Shown here: piece by piece, positions 1 to 12,863 of the stretch
Position numbering within the stretch: position 1 is the stretch's first letter
Layout of the letters: each line of letters opens with the position of its first letter
From: Lepidodermella squamata
Taxonomy: Eukaryota; Animalia; Gastrotricha
Assembly: GCA_047495785.1 (NCBI GenBank)
Contig: JBLDXI010000024.1
Span: 1,674,001 to 1,738,000, forward strand
DNA length: 64,000 bases
Direction of reading: 5' to 3'
The notes under the pieces: model-generated
Told to the model about the DNA's origin: nothing
What the model saw: the letters and a program-made list of their open reading frames with translations, nothing else
Database searches by the model: none
Made by a program: the position numbers and the translations under genes

Positions 1-483
1 GCGACTCCGGGTGTCCATGTTTGGTGTCCCTCAAAACGCCTCTGAGTGATCCTTTGAGCGAAGCTCAGCGTCGATTCCAGGTCGCGTTCATTAGCATTCG
101 AATTTTCAAGTATTCTATGTGCCTGTTGTGTGCATCATAACATTGCAACAACACTTAACTGATGAAAACTGGCTACCCCAAGAGAAAGACGGTTCCCATC
201 GTTTTTCCCACTAGCGCTTAAAGGTAGTGTATAGTAGGCTTTGCTCGTCGCGTTAACTAGTCGAGTTGTTCGATGACATTTTGATGAAATTGATTAGAGT
301 CAAGCTCGATTTCAATCAACTTTATATGAAGACGAACATCAGACGAACAAGTGCCTGCTCAAACTTAGTGCGGTTCAAACGAAAAAGTGTCTTGGCAGGA
401 ATTAGCGATTTTCTAGCCCTGTTGCGTAATCGATTTTGGGCAAAAATCTATTAATTTTATGAAAATTTCGCCAAAATATATAT

Positions 484-518
484 AAATCTATGTCCTGCTC
501 GGGGCAGGACATAGATTT
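484..518. repeat. Perfect 15-bp inverted repeat (hairpin)
   Basis: aaatctatgtcctgc-tcggg-gcaggacatagattt. Confidence 0.8.
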
Positions 519-825
519 TATTTTATTTTGGCCATATTTTGTCGCTTTCAGCCAAATTTTATTAAAATTTGACAAAAAATTGTCCTAATAGAGGTCAAAC
601 AGGAAATTTAGATAACTTTTAATAAATTGGACGTCGATTTGGTCCAAAAATTATCGAATCTTAAATATTAAATAAAAATTTACCGAAAAACGGTAAAATT
701 TAAATATTGTTTAGCTCAAAACGACAGAATTTATTTAATTTCGGCTTTTAATAAAAACATTTACTTCGATCACATGGCTCTGAACATTCATTTTTTTAAT
801 TTAATTTTTTTTTTATAAAAATCAC

Positions 826-2995
826 CTTCGATTCGCACAACAGGTTCAGCTTTCGAAGCGACAAAATGTTGGCTCCAAGGTCCGACCGAAATTGCGTGTA
901 AGGTTAGGAAAGGTTCTTCTGGCGTTGAAGTCAGCGAATAAGGGTGATAGTCGCTGCAGTTGAAATCTGGCGAGCAAATTTGAACGTATTGCCCAGGTTT
1001 GTAGCTCATCGCCGTCGGTTTCTCGAGTTCGACTCGCAAAACTTCGGATGGCAGAATGTTTCGCGAAACGGCCTTGACATTGGAAAATCGATGCCGTAGG
1101 CAGAAAATTCTGTCGACGGCAAGCGTTAAAATCGACGCTGCGAGAAATGAGAAATGAGCGGCAAGCAATTGTTGTCTCGAGTAGCTGAGAACATGAAGCC
1201 CATGAAAAATCGCCAAGTTGGAAATCACAACAATTTCGGTTAGATTGAACGAATTTTTGGCAGAAGTCACGTTGAAAAGCGCAAAATAACAGCAAGAAAG
1301 GGCGAATCGCCATGTAACGGCACCATCGTCGTACTTTTGCAGAATGTAGCTGAGAAGAACGGCTAAAATCAACCAGGCGTGACAATGGATCAAGTTTTTT
1401 CGGAATGTCCCAAGCGAGGAAAACGGGAAAAAATATCTAGCGGTCGTATTCCGTAATTTCGACAGGAAAAATCGACAATTTGCTAGAATTAGAGTGCCGA
1501 AGGTCAAGCTGGATAAATTCAAGGTGGTTTGGCTAATGGAATTGAAGGTGACCGGGAACAACTCGAGGAAAATCAAAACAAAGCAAAAATTCGCGAAGAC
1601 GAGCGACCAGAAAAATTGGCGTTGAATCGAGAAAAATGTTGCCGCAAATCTATCTCCGTAATCTTCGTTCTCGCCAAGTATCAATCGATCTACAACTTCA
1701 GGCGCTTGGTCGCTGATTGGCGACGGTAAAATCGTAATCGGAGAGGGCGGTTCCAACTTTTGAGCGAAAATTCGGTCGAAATTCGCCTCGAAAATAGGCC
1801 AGAATTGCGGGAATGAAATTGAGAACGCAGTGTTTTTCAAAGTTGGAACTTGGCTGATTAATTGCTCGAAAAATTGACACATCGCCTTGTTATCGACTGA
1901 ATTCGGCGTGAGGGAGAAAACAAGCGCGGCTATTTCGTCATAGCTCAACATTCGGTCTTGGTTAGAATCGTTAAACATGAAGCTGCCCGATATTTGCTCT
2001 AAAAATTAATAATTAATTTTTTAATATTTCCAATTAAATTGTTAGTACCTTTGAGATTTTCTGTCGAGAACTGAACCATCCACTCTAGCAGAGATTGAAC
2101 CCGAATAAAGCCGTCATCATCATCGTCGAGCTGTTCGAAGGTTCGAAGCGTGTAGAAGTGTTTCGGCGTTGTTCGAAGTAAGAAGGAAAACTCGGCCCGA
2201 GAAATCAGCGAATTTTTCATCGAATTATTCTTCAATTTTGCAGCCAGTTCAGCTCGATCGCCTTTTAGAGCCAACCTCAGCCATTTGAGAAGCTTTTGTC
2301 GAAATTCCGTCAACGTAAATGAGCTTGAAAGCTGGAAAACATTTCAAAATTTGATTTTTAATTGGAATTTTTTTTGGAATTTTCACCAATTTTTTACGAT
2401 CGCAAGGATTTTCAAACCAATATCGGTAGCAATGGCCGAAAAGTGTGTTCAGCCGATGTTTGAAGATTGTTAAATCCTCCAAGTGATCGAACTGCAAAAC
2501 CAAATCAGCATTTTCCCCACGGCAATTGAGGGCGACGAGGCATTCCGCGACATTGAGCCGAAATGCGATTTGGCCAATTTTGATTCGGCTGGATTTCGCT
2601 TTTTTTACTTCACTTTCGTGGATTTTCTTCCAGTTTTCATCGCTCGAGTTGGCGATGATGTTATTCAAGCGTTCTTGCAGCTTGTCAGGAAATGCAATTT
2701 CGTCCGGAGAAAAGTTGATTCGTCGCAGAATCGCAGAATTTTCGTCCAGCAGGTCGATCACCCCGATTTGGTCGTCGAATTTCAGTGAAACCGATCGCCA
2801 CTCCTTGCCGCCGATGAATTCCGAAGCTTTCAACGGCCTTTCATCGCCATGATTGCCTGTTTCTGCCGGAAGAAGAGTGACACTCGGTGATCTTTTCCTC
2901 GTTTTCTGCCATTTTGTCGCTAAAATTGCCAAAAGCGTCCAGAAACCGGTTAGCATTAGTACCGCGATGATCATCTGCTGCTGCTCGACCGCCAT
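826..2995 (-). CDS. DUOX/NOX5-like NADPH oxidase homologue without a peroxidase domain (3'-partial; presumably continues beyond the window start)
   Basis: Exons about 2995-2387, 2331-2049, 1998-826 join in frame. N-terminal TM helix, cytosolic linker, two EF-hand-like loops (DDDDDGFI; DSNQDRML), a multi-TM region, then the NOX FAD-binding motifs YKPGQYV..C and HPYSLTS.P; donor GT after VRIEG. No NADPH-binding exon was found in 1-825. Confidence 0.75.
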
Positions 2996-3289
2996 TTCAA
3001 GTCAAGTAAACTCTTATGGCAAATAGATGTAATTGATTTTAAAAATAAGAGGTACGAAGCTCTTAGTGACCAGTTTTGTTTAACAGACATTTCATGCTTC
3101 TACTTGTCTCTGTTAGCTTTGCGATTTGTTACGCAACACAGCCGTGTGCCATTTGCGTTGGACGAAAAATGTGTCGCAAAAGTGATAATAAAAATTTTAA
3201 TCTGAGATAAAAAGAACATCGGATCTTGAAATCGGTCAAGGAAAACAAATGAAAAGGTAAATCCACAAAAAATCTAGAATTTTTCTCTC

Positions 3290-3560
3290 AAACTCTCGAA
3301 AAATTGAGGTTCCAGTACAACTTTCCCGATGTCGGGATTCCTTGATCGATGCTAATGACCCTATGACTGTTGAGTATTTTTTAGCTATCCTGTACCATCA
3401 GCTATATAGGTATATAAAGAATTTTGGAATTGTTGGTTTCGAAGACTGCTGACACCGGAAAAATCACTGATTTGTAAAATCGATAATTGGAATCGATATC
3501 GGCTATGTAAACAGTTTTATAAATTTTCACTGACCGCTAATTGCGTGACCCAGTTTCATA
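3290..3560 (+). repeat. Dispersed repeat; inverted copy at about 39620-39890
   Basis: ggaaaaatcactgatttgtaaaatcgataattggaatcgatatcggct matches the reverse complement of about 39695-39745 (intron of cyclase gene D). Confidence 0.65.
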
Positions 3561-3650
3561 AATTACCGCTGAAAGTTCAACCAAAACTCCGAAAAATCAC
3601 AAAACATTTTCTTTTTATTTTGATATTTTTTTCGAAAACCGTTTGAAAAA

Positions 3651-5287
3651 TCACATGAAGTAGAACGAGTCATTCATCCGTCCTGGCCTGAGGCCAAAAA
3701 CAGCCACTGGCCCTCCACTGCCGTTTTCGACCCGCAAATACGACAACACGCAGACGCCACCCTTGGTCGGAAATTTCGCCAAATCCTCGCCACCGCCGAT
3801 ATTTTCGATCGCAATCACGTCCGTACCAGCCAGGTAAACATGAGTCGGGTACAGCAGCTGCGATTCGAGCGAAAAATCGTCGATTAACAGGCTATCGATC
3901 GCGATGGCCGCAACTTTCCGCTCTTCAACCAAGTACCGAGCGCCATCAACTGACAGCCCTGGGAAATTTTTCGTGTATTTCTTCGGTGATTTCCAGTTAT
4001 CAGCGCCAAATCCGGTCACGAGAATGACCAAAGAATTGGACGGGATTGCGCCAAACCTTTTCTCCCATTCAGCCAGGTGTTGCGGTTCGATTGAAAAATT
4101 CGCTTTCCCGTTGTAGGGAATCTCAACTTTCAGGCAATGAAGCGGATCGTTAAGAACGCTGGGAAGGTGATTGATGTCATTTTTATCGGCGCCAAAGTGG
4201 TATGGAGCATCTGAATTCGCAAAAAATGTATTTAAAATAATTATTTATTTGAATTTATTTAAATTAATTATTTAAAATTTTTAATAAAAATTTAATTTAA
4301 ATTTGAAATAATTCCCAGAATTAATTTTTTACCTATGTGGGTGCTGAAATGGTCGAAAAATGCCAATCGCTTCGCATCGATGATTTTCGGATGGAAAACG
4401 TAGGGCGCGATCGGAACTTGTTCCGGCGGTCCGAATTCGTGGCTTAGCACTACGTCAGATTTTTTGAGGCAGCGATGCGTGACCGATTTCGTCCCAGGCG
4501 GGTAGACCACCAGATCGGCCAGGTTGATTTTCCGCGGCGGTCTCATAGCTCGCATCGAATCTGGCAGGGACGTCTCGGTTTTCAACGGTGTGAACACGAA
4601 TTTGAAGGCGTAGTACAGTTCGTCCTGTTCGTAGCCGAGGTGTTGGTACTGGTTACTACTGGGTCGAACCAGGTTGTCGAAGAAGGGCGTTCGATGCCGG
4701 ATCAAACTGTCTCGCATTGCGTCGGGCACTTTGGCATCGGAAAACCACCCTGTTGCAGCTTTTCGACTCGCTAAAGCTCGGAAAATTGATCCATCGTTGA
4801 GTTTCGTCAAATCACGGCCGAGAAATAGGACCAGCATATTCATCTTTACCTAGTTTTTTAAAATAATTTAAAAAATTTAAATTAAATTTAAAAAATTTCT
4901 TACTTCATTATGGAGCTTTTTCCTGACGGTTCCGATATCTGTTTCTCGAATGAAAATTGTTTCAATACAGCCCTGCATAGGTACTACAGGTAACATGTCC
5001 GGCTGTGTCCAAGTTGTGACCTTGTTTTGGCGAGGATCTACGCTGAGAATCGTCTCGGTGAACACCATGCGACCTTTATCGGTTTCGTTCATCCATTGGC
5101 TGTGATTGGCAAACACTTGCATGCCAACTTCGACGATGCTGCAATCGCTGCATTCTGATGTCTGGTTCCGGATGACTGCGCCTAGTCTGAGGCCGGTGGT
5201 TGCCAGCAGCGATGAAGGGTGGGCTGTTCGGGATTTTGCGGATGAACCGCCAACTATGGCTAAGATTACTAAAAGGCTCGAAAACAT
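3651..5287 (-). CDS. Secreted Cyclase-family metal-dependent hydrolase (kynurenine formamidase/isatin hydrolase-like), gene A
   Basis: Exons 5287-4904, 4849-4333, 4210-3651. Signal peptide MFSSLLVILAIVGGSSA; motif HFSTHI|DAPYH (HxGTHxDxPxH) split by an intron; FPGLS, AIAIDS, H..L....IENI, GSGGPV. No hydrophobic C-terminal tail. Confidence 0.85.
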
Positions 5288-5476
5288 TGCAAGTTGTGCC
5301 TTGATAGTGAATTGAGCTAAATTCAGGTTTGACCGTGAAAGAATAAAAAATTCACCACGCAGTTTTACTGGGTCACTATTGCGTAACAAACAAACTTCTT
5401 AAGACAAAGCAAGTGTTGCATTGTGATTTTACAAGAAAGCATCAACCGAAAAGTTGCAGTTGCGAATTCGAGATGA

Positions 5477-6140
5477 TTAAGTTTCCATCCAATGTGAATG
5501 CGTATCGATAGCCTCGATGAACGAGAGGAATGATTTGATCCGTGCGAAAGTTATCGGTCTGTTGTACCATCCATCACAACTTGGAATAAGTGAAGGAACG
5601 CCAACCAGTACCCATCGTCCGCTGTCATCAACTTGACAGACCAGAGGAGCGCCACGGTCACCAATACAGGCGTCATGGCGCCACCAATCACGTTTGTATT
5701 CATTTTCGTCTGCAATAGCGCAGATCTCATTTTCAGTGAGCTTATCCTATTTCATGAGATGAAATATTTTAATATTTGCACCTCTAAAATTGAAGTTCCA
5801 ACAGTAAATTCAAGCCTTCTAGGGATAACGTAAATGTTGAAATACTACCCAGGGCTGCCAGATTTTCAATGACCAAACTATTCGAGATGGGCTAATAGAA
5901 AAAAGTTGACATCAAGATGGGCTACTATTCGCGAATGGGCTAGTATTTGAACGTTTACGGTAATTTTCGAGTTTTTACGATTCCGAAAATAAAATAAATG
6001 ACAATTTACCTTTATTTCGTCTTCGAAATTTCCGCATCTCTTGTTGCTGATCGTTCTAACACTCATTTGCCTCAATTCACCACCTGCAGGAAAGCCACCT
6101 AGGCTATATCCTGTGACAAAGCACCGGTATATGCTCGTTG
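5477..6140 (-). pseudogene. 5'-truncated serine protease homologue (paralogue of 22089-24249)
   Basis: Two exons: YRCFVTGY..ELRQMSVRTISNKRC and DKLTENEICA..ACIGDRGAPLVC..YNRPITFARI. The upstream exons are absent, replaced by repeat sequence. Confidence 0.75.
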
Positions 6141-6489
6141 CATATAGCAAAAATCAAATAAGATCATAGTATTTTTCTCGGAATTTTACGGCGTAAAATA
6201 AACATTTATACCGTCCTGAAAGACTCTTAAAATCTTTCAAGAAACAAGATAACTTCAAGAAAATTTTAAAAAAGTTAGAAAAAAACCGTCTCACGAGACG
6301 GGACTCATTCGATAGAGGAGCGCCTCTAGTTTTCCGGAAAATTTATTTGAAATTTATTGGAAATGAAATATTTTCTCTGGGAATTTTAGAAAATAGTTAA
6401 AAATCGGAAAAATTACAATTTCGAAGAAATGTTCACAACAGCAGACGCTGTGCTGTCGATGCGCGAGAACTTGCAATATAAGTAGTAGC

Positions 6490-7430
6490 GAAATTGTTCT
6501 TTTGCAAGATTCTCCAACCTTCTCTGGCGGCAACATGGCTCAAGTTTAACTGTGAGCTGAAACAGCCGAGTGCTGTCGATATGCCATCGGCTCTCGCGTT
6601 CATTTTTTTCATTTTTTTCTATTTATTAAGGCACTTTCTTCGCCGCCGCTGCCGCGTTATTTTAGAAGCGTGCAGTAGATTATCGCGGCGAGTTTCCACA
6701 CCAAAAATGTGGTTCTGAGTGGGGAGGTATGTGACTGAGTTGGCGAAGATGCAAAAGGTTTTGCGCCATTTGTTGCTATTGTAGGCGACTCATTTTCGTG
6801 CCCACCCCGCGTTGTGTAGATGCCGTCACGTGATGGATGCGAGTGTGCACGGAATGCGACTGTTTTTGACGGCACTAACATATGTATTTTCAAGCCCGCT
6901 TCATCTGTGAGCTGACGCAGCCGAGTGCTCATGATGAGCCATCTTTGGTATGCCATTATACCAGCGGCACTCACGTTTATTTTTTCTACTTTTTCCAATT
7001 ATCACGACATTATTTGTTAACTCAGCCGCCGCTGTCTTGTTTCTATTCCAGGCAAGTCATCACGGCGCACGGCGCCCACTCCACTACTTGCCTTATCCTT
7101 GGTTAAAGTGAGGGTGGCCATTGCGCCAACTTTGAACTATAGACTAGACTAACTATAGTTGGTTATCGTTGGTGTGCCGTCACTACACGAATTCATTTTT
7201 TTCTACGTTGACTAATTATAAAGACGTATACCTCTGCCACCGCTGCCGATTAAATTTAACCGCGTGCACTAGGTTCACCCTGGTGAGTGCCCACACGAAA
7301 TGCCGTTATTTTTGGAGCTAAAATGTTCAAGCCTGGTTCCCAGATATGGACGCGCCATTGTGTATGATGAAAATATTTAGACTCAGCTAATTAGGTGCAC
7401 GAGGAAAATCGTCACGTATATGTTGTACGC
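6490..7430 (+). repeat. About three degenerate tandem units of a 300-350-bp dispersed repeat family
   Basis: Recurring tgagctga..cagccgagtgc and ttcattttttt..cgccgctgccg blocks; further copies at about 14740-15060 (+) and 17090-17500 (-). Confidence 0.7.
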
Positions 7431-8050
7431 CTATAGAGGATCTAAGCTTATACGGTATAGGCTTAAGCCTATACGGGATAAGCAATATTTTAAACTGTCA
7501 TAGCGGCCAAACCGTCAGGGTGACTATCGATCATCATATATCAATCGATTGCTGTAATTAAGGGCTATCGATTGATGCCAAATCGAATTCCGCGCGGCAC
7601 ACTCAGGGTCAAGTTTTGGCCAAAAAACGCAAATTTTCCGCATTTTTTCAACTTTGAAGGCAAAAATCATATTTCTAAAAGTTCCGCGCGGAATTCGATT
7701 TGGCACCAATCGATAGCCCTTAATTACAGCAATCGATTGATATATGATGATCGATAGTCACCCTCACGGTTTGGCCATTGTTTCGGTTGAATACAATGCT
7801 CATACCCTAAAGGCTTAAATACCGTATAGGCGTACAACATATACGTGACGATTTTCCTCGTGCACCTAATTAGCTGAGTCTAAATAGTCTAAAACTGAGT
7901 CTAGGACTACTTGGTTACAGTTGATATATACAACATATATATCAACTGTAACCAAGTAGTCCTAGCCTAGTTCAAAGTTGGCGCAATGGCCTCCCTCACT
8001 TTGACCAAGAATATGGCATGTGGACGGCGTGTCGACTTGCCTGGAATAAT
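7045..8050. mobile_element. Nested foldback/MITE complex
   Basis: Inverted-repeat pairs about 7097-7140/7968-8012, 7373-7435/7826-7887 and 7505-7597/7684-7776, plus a perfect 30-bp-arm hairpin at 7901-7965. Confidence 0.75.
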
Positions 8051-8228
8051 GAGATTAATGCTTTTTTCTCATCATCAACTTAAGGCGTGATCCAGCATGA
8101 ACCATCCGAAATGGCTTTTAATCTTTATTATTTTATTTTAAACTAATGTAAAGGAGTCGATCGATATATCGATATTAATAAGGAAATTTTCTCAAATTAA
8201 TGTTGTTTTTGCGGGAAATAAACCAGTG

Positions 8229-10650
8229 TTAAGCTGTCAGAACCTTAGAGGCCAATTCTTTGATCACACTCCACGCGTATTCTATGTCCTGTTCGGAGGT
8301 TTTCGCAGCACAAATCGCCAGTCTCAGCATGAATTTCCCCTGCGTCAGAGCATTTCTTAATTTAATTTACTTTTTTCGCAGACGATGTTTTTACCTGACT
8401 TTCGTCGGAACCAAGTGAATTCGTCCATCGCTCGTAAGCCTTGTAAAGAGATTCGGTAGGCCCATTGACGTCACCATCGCTAACTTCAATCAATCGGAAG
8501 CAAACCAGTCCCATCGTGACCTCTGCCGTTATCTCAAATCGTTTGTCAGTTTTCAGCTTATTTTCGAAAGAATGAGCTAGTTCAATCTGCTTTCTGATAT
8601 AATTCTATGCAGCAGATGTAGGGATAAAAAGACAAACTGTAAAGGTGAAAAACCTGAATTCCTCGAACTCCGAACAATCGAAGGACAAAGAAGAGCTTCA
8701 ACGCTCTGAATCTACGTTAGAGGCACATTTTCAGGCCCGCCTAAGTTTCCTCCACGCGCGCACTCTGATTGGTCGGCCACGCGCTCAATGAATGATAAAG
8801 GCTAACTTTCGAATTTACCGGCGGTTTTTATATCGAAATGAAATTCATTAAATTTGGAATCGATTGAATATGGGGTTCTCGCTCGAAAAATGTAAAGCGA
8901 AAATGTTTTACGTGCATTCAAATTAATGCGCGCACGCACTAGTAACTTGTGAGCGCGCGCGTTAACGAAAATTCAGACGACAAATTTTCATCACACGTAA
9001 AACATTTTCGCTTTACATTTTTCGAGCGAGAACCCCATATTCAATCGATTCCAAATTTAATGAATTTCATTTCGATATAAAAACCGCCGGTAAATTCGAA
9101 AGTTAGCCTTTGTAATTGCCGCGCGCGGTTTTAAAATACTAAAAACCATGTGGAGGCACGACTTAAACTTGTGCGCGCGCAATTCTGCAAGTCCCAACGA
9201 TTCATTAAATTTCAATTTCAAATACTTAATACATTCCATACGAATTTTAGATAAGAATATTCAGTTTTTACTGCTCTGTCCAATGTGCTATAATGATCGT
9301 GGACGAATTTAATTTTAAAAATAAATTGGGGTATAATTCGGGAATTTGTTAGCTCGCGTTGTGCGCGCGCTCACACGTGTTGCGCAATCGCACGCACAAA
9401 TCGCCAGCCAATAGGAGCGAGCGCGTGGAGGAAACTTAGGCGGGCCTGAAAATGTGCACGTTAGAGAGGGATTTGCCAATGCCGATAGTCCGGAATTGGT
9501 GTTTCAAGTACAGATGAGGGTCGACATTGAACGCATCCACCGTTATGAGCAAGAATGACAGCAACAACAAAATCTCAAGAAATCTCAACTGACCACTTGT
9601 GAAGCATCTTTGAACCACATGGCAGAGCAGTCGAAGTTAACTAGCATCCATTTGTGAGGGTTGAAGTTGAACGAGTCGGCGAATTCGACGCCTTTTAAAT
9701 AATGCCGATATTCCGGACAACAGAACGCACTACCAGCATAAGCGGCATCAACATGCAGCCAAATAGGTGTTTCGCACTTCTCATTGAATTCAGCGACAAT
9801 CCTGCCGATTTCCAACAAATTGTCAAAGGCACAGGTACTAGTCGTGCCAAGCGTTGCAACAACGTAAAAAGGAACATGACCCTGAGCTTTAACAGACTCA
9901 ATTGCTTGTTTCAGGGCTTCACCTCGCATTGACCCTTCGTCGTCACTCGGGACTTTCACGAAATGTTGGATGCAGCCCATCAAACCAGCTCGTTCAACAC
10001 TGGAGTGAGCCTGGTCCGAGCAGAAAGCGACCAATTTATCGATAACTCCACCTGCTGTCAAGTTGGGATTGAGTTCTTTTTGCTGGGCTATAGCTCTGCT
10101 GCGAGCAGCCAAAAGCGCTGTGAATGTTGCTTCACTTGCTGTTCCGTGAATTATGCCACCACCTTTCTGCCCAGAACTGAACAAGAAATATCCCGGGAGT
10201 TGCAACATTTTCGCCAACCAGTCCATCATAACCGTATCCAGCTAATTTTAGTTAGAGAAAAAATGTAATTAAGATATGTTGGTAAAGTGTATGTCAAGAT
10301 TTAGATGAACTCAAATTGCTAACCTCAGTGAAGCTCGGCGAGGAGGCCCATAAAAATCCTATGCAACCAATTGCATCTGACAGAATGTCAGCAATAATCG
10401 CCGGATAAGAGTTGGCCGTTTGGAAATAGGCGAAAAACCTTGTATAGAACAAAGCATTTGGTTAGTTTCATTGAAACCTTAACAAATGAACCTACTTTGG
10501 GGAATGCCAATGAACTACTCCAGGTAGTATCACTCGATTAATATCCTCCATCTCAGCTTCGAAACTATCAGGTTCTTGTGGAGCTTCCGATGGTAACTGT
10601 GGAGTCAGAAATCTAGGCTTCAGATCGGTTGGGAAAACTGGTCTTCAAGA
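8229..10650 (-). pseudogene. DDC: Aromatic L-amino acid (DOPA) decarboxylase pseudogene
   Basis: Motifs [36 protein letters not shown] (PLP lysine), DAFNVDP.LYLKH, PDYRHWQIPL, RRFRALKL, LVCFRL. Lesions: TAA in place of Gly in PL[G]RRFR; a 735-bp element inserted at the same site; frameshifts at about 9496 and 8445; acceptor AG>CG at about 9541; no intact start. Confidence 0.9.
8723..9457. mobile_element. Non-autonomous DNA transposon (Mutator-like MITE) inserted in a DDC exon
   Basis: TIR gcacattttcaggcccgcctaagtttcctccacgcgc at both ends; 9-bp target-site duplication acgttagag (8714-8722 and 9458-9466); internal perfect inverted repeat of about 118 bp (about 8797-8914/8994-9111). Confidence 0.9.
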
Positions 10651-11028
10651 CCTTCAGTGTTAGGCCTTCAAGTAAAAACTGGTTACTGAAGCTAAAGATG
10701 AAAGAATGTGTATTGTCGTTTGAGGACGAAGTACAGTGAGTGCTTAAGGTATGCAAAAGGTATGATATTATTAAAATATTAAAGCACGAGCAGTCTACGC
10801 CAGCGCTCCTCTTCGCCGTAATCTTGTGAGCGAGTTTTAATTTAAATTTTAATGAAAAAGCTATTTGTTGACAAATTCCCATCGTTAATTCAGATAGAAT
10901 ATAAAGTATAAAATACGAATTCCTCAAAACACCATACCTACTCATTTTTATTGCGTTTTTCAGAAGCCATTCGTAAGTCGTTTGTCAAAAGTAAGCTAGT
11001 AGAGAGAAAGTGAGCTAGTTGATAAAGG

Positions 11029-12863
11029 ATGAGAAGGGCCGGTGAATCAGCTGTTTCAGAGCAAAAAGTGGGAAGCTGGACTTTCTATCTGATCTACTGC
11101 AATGTTTCGATCGTTCTTGGCTCTTCGTTCCTATTTGGTTACAATCTCGGTAACAATTTGTTTTGAAAAATCGTTTCAGGGCTAATATTTGAAAATACCC
11201 CATGACAGGCGTGATAAATGCCCCGTTTGAAGTTATGAATAACTACGTCAACCAGTCATTTGCGAGAACTGGTCAAATTTTGTCAAGCGCTGAACTTAAT
11301 TCGAACTGGTCTGCTATAGTCGCTTTGTACCTAATTGGCGGCATCATCGGATCAACATGGATTCCAGTCAAAATTTCAAGCAAATTTGGAAAGTGAGAAT
11401 AATTTCGAAAATATTTGCACAACAACGTTTAATAATTATTCAATTTATAAGGAGGAATTCTTTAATTTTGGGATCTGCTATTGGGTGCGCTGGCGCTGTG
11501 ATCTTGTTTGTGACACCCTGGACTGAGAGCCACATTCCACTGTACATTGGAAGGACGGTGCTAGGATTTCAAGCTGGTTTCACACTGGTGATCGCGCCTT
11601 CGATAATTATAGAGCATGCACCAGGCAGATTGAGAGGCATTCTCGGCAGTTTCATCGGCATCGGAATTAGCCTCGGTCTGCTCGTTTCAAACATTCTGGG
11701 TCTCAGTTTTGTGCTAGGCAAAGAGTCGACGTGGCAATATTCATTTCGTAAATTTGAAAAAATAATTCTTATTTGAATCACAGTATATTTCTTTCAAGTA
11801 TTCGAACTTGGCATATATCTAATGGATGGAGCTGCCTTGTTTCTTGTCGTCGAAAGTCCTAGAGCTTTAATTGACCAGGGCAAGGAGGACCAAGCTATTG
11901 AAGGTAAAATATCTCACTTATTATTGCAATGAGATGGCGTATCAACACCTGTTTTCAGCCTTGAAAAAGCTTCGTGGAAGATCGGCGAAAGAAATCGAAG
12001 ATGAGCTGACGGAATTGAAAGAAATTTCAGCAGCCGAGGCGGAGGTCGAATTAGTTTCAATCAAAGCCATTTTCAAAAATCGCGCACTATGGTGGCCTCT
12101 AATTATCGTCGTGAATATGCTTATATGCGCTCAACTGACCGGTCTAGCCCCGGTTTTTTTCTATGCAGCCAACGTACTCTACTCCGCTGGTTTACCTTCT
12201 GACATGGCAGGGCTCGCGAATTTTGGCGTATCAGTCGCAAATCTCATCGGAAACATCCTCAATGCGGTAATCATCGATCGAGTTGGCCGGCGTCCTTTGA
12301 TGATCATCGGACTGCTCGGCACTTCTCTGGCTCAAATTTTGCTGGTCATCGTTTTGAGCTATAACGTAAATATTTCAGCTCCAAAAAATATTCGACCAGG
12401 ATTTTTTAAAAAAAACTTTCCCCATTCTCAGGAAAATTTCAAATTTTCTTTTCATGAAACATTTTTACAGGTTTTCCAAGCGAGCATTTTGGGTTTTGCT
12501 CTGTTTCACCTGTTTTTTGCGTCTGGACCAGGGCCGATACCTTGCTTCATCGCTGCTGAATTATTCGATCAAAACGCGCGACCAATGGGGATGAGCGTGT
12601 CAATGTTCGCTAGTTGGTCTTGCAACATCATCAGCAGCTTCATTTTCCCCGCCATGCAGATCACAATCCACCAGTATTCCTTCCTGCCTTTCGCTGCCGT
12701 TGCTGCTCTTGAATGTTTGTTTTGCCTGCTTTTCCTACCGGAAACAGGCGTCGGTTTGACAGATGTTACGTCAGCGGCCGAACGGTACTCTCCTGGGCGC
12801 CCGCTTATTCAACTGAAACTGGGCTGCAAAAATCGGCAGAAAGAGGACAACTTGCCATATTAA
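11029..12863 (+). CDS. SLC2/GLUT-family MFS sugar-porter homologue
   Basis: Six exons splice in frame from ATG 11029. Motifs FGYNLG|VINAP, KFGK|RNS, EHAPGRLRG, VESPR, IDRVGRRPL, GPGPIP, AELFDQNARP, LPET. Confidence 0.88.

Noticed and set aside
7524-7757. Two nearly identical 61-aa ORFs on opposite strands
   Set aside because: An artefact of the 7505-7597/7684-7776 inverted repeat.
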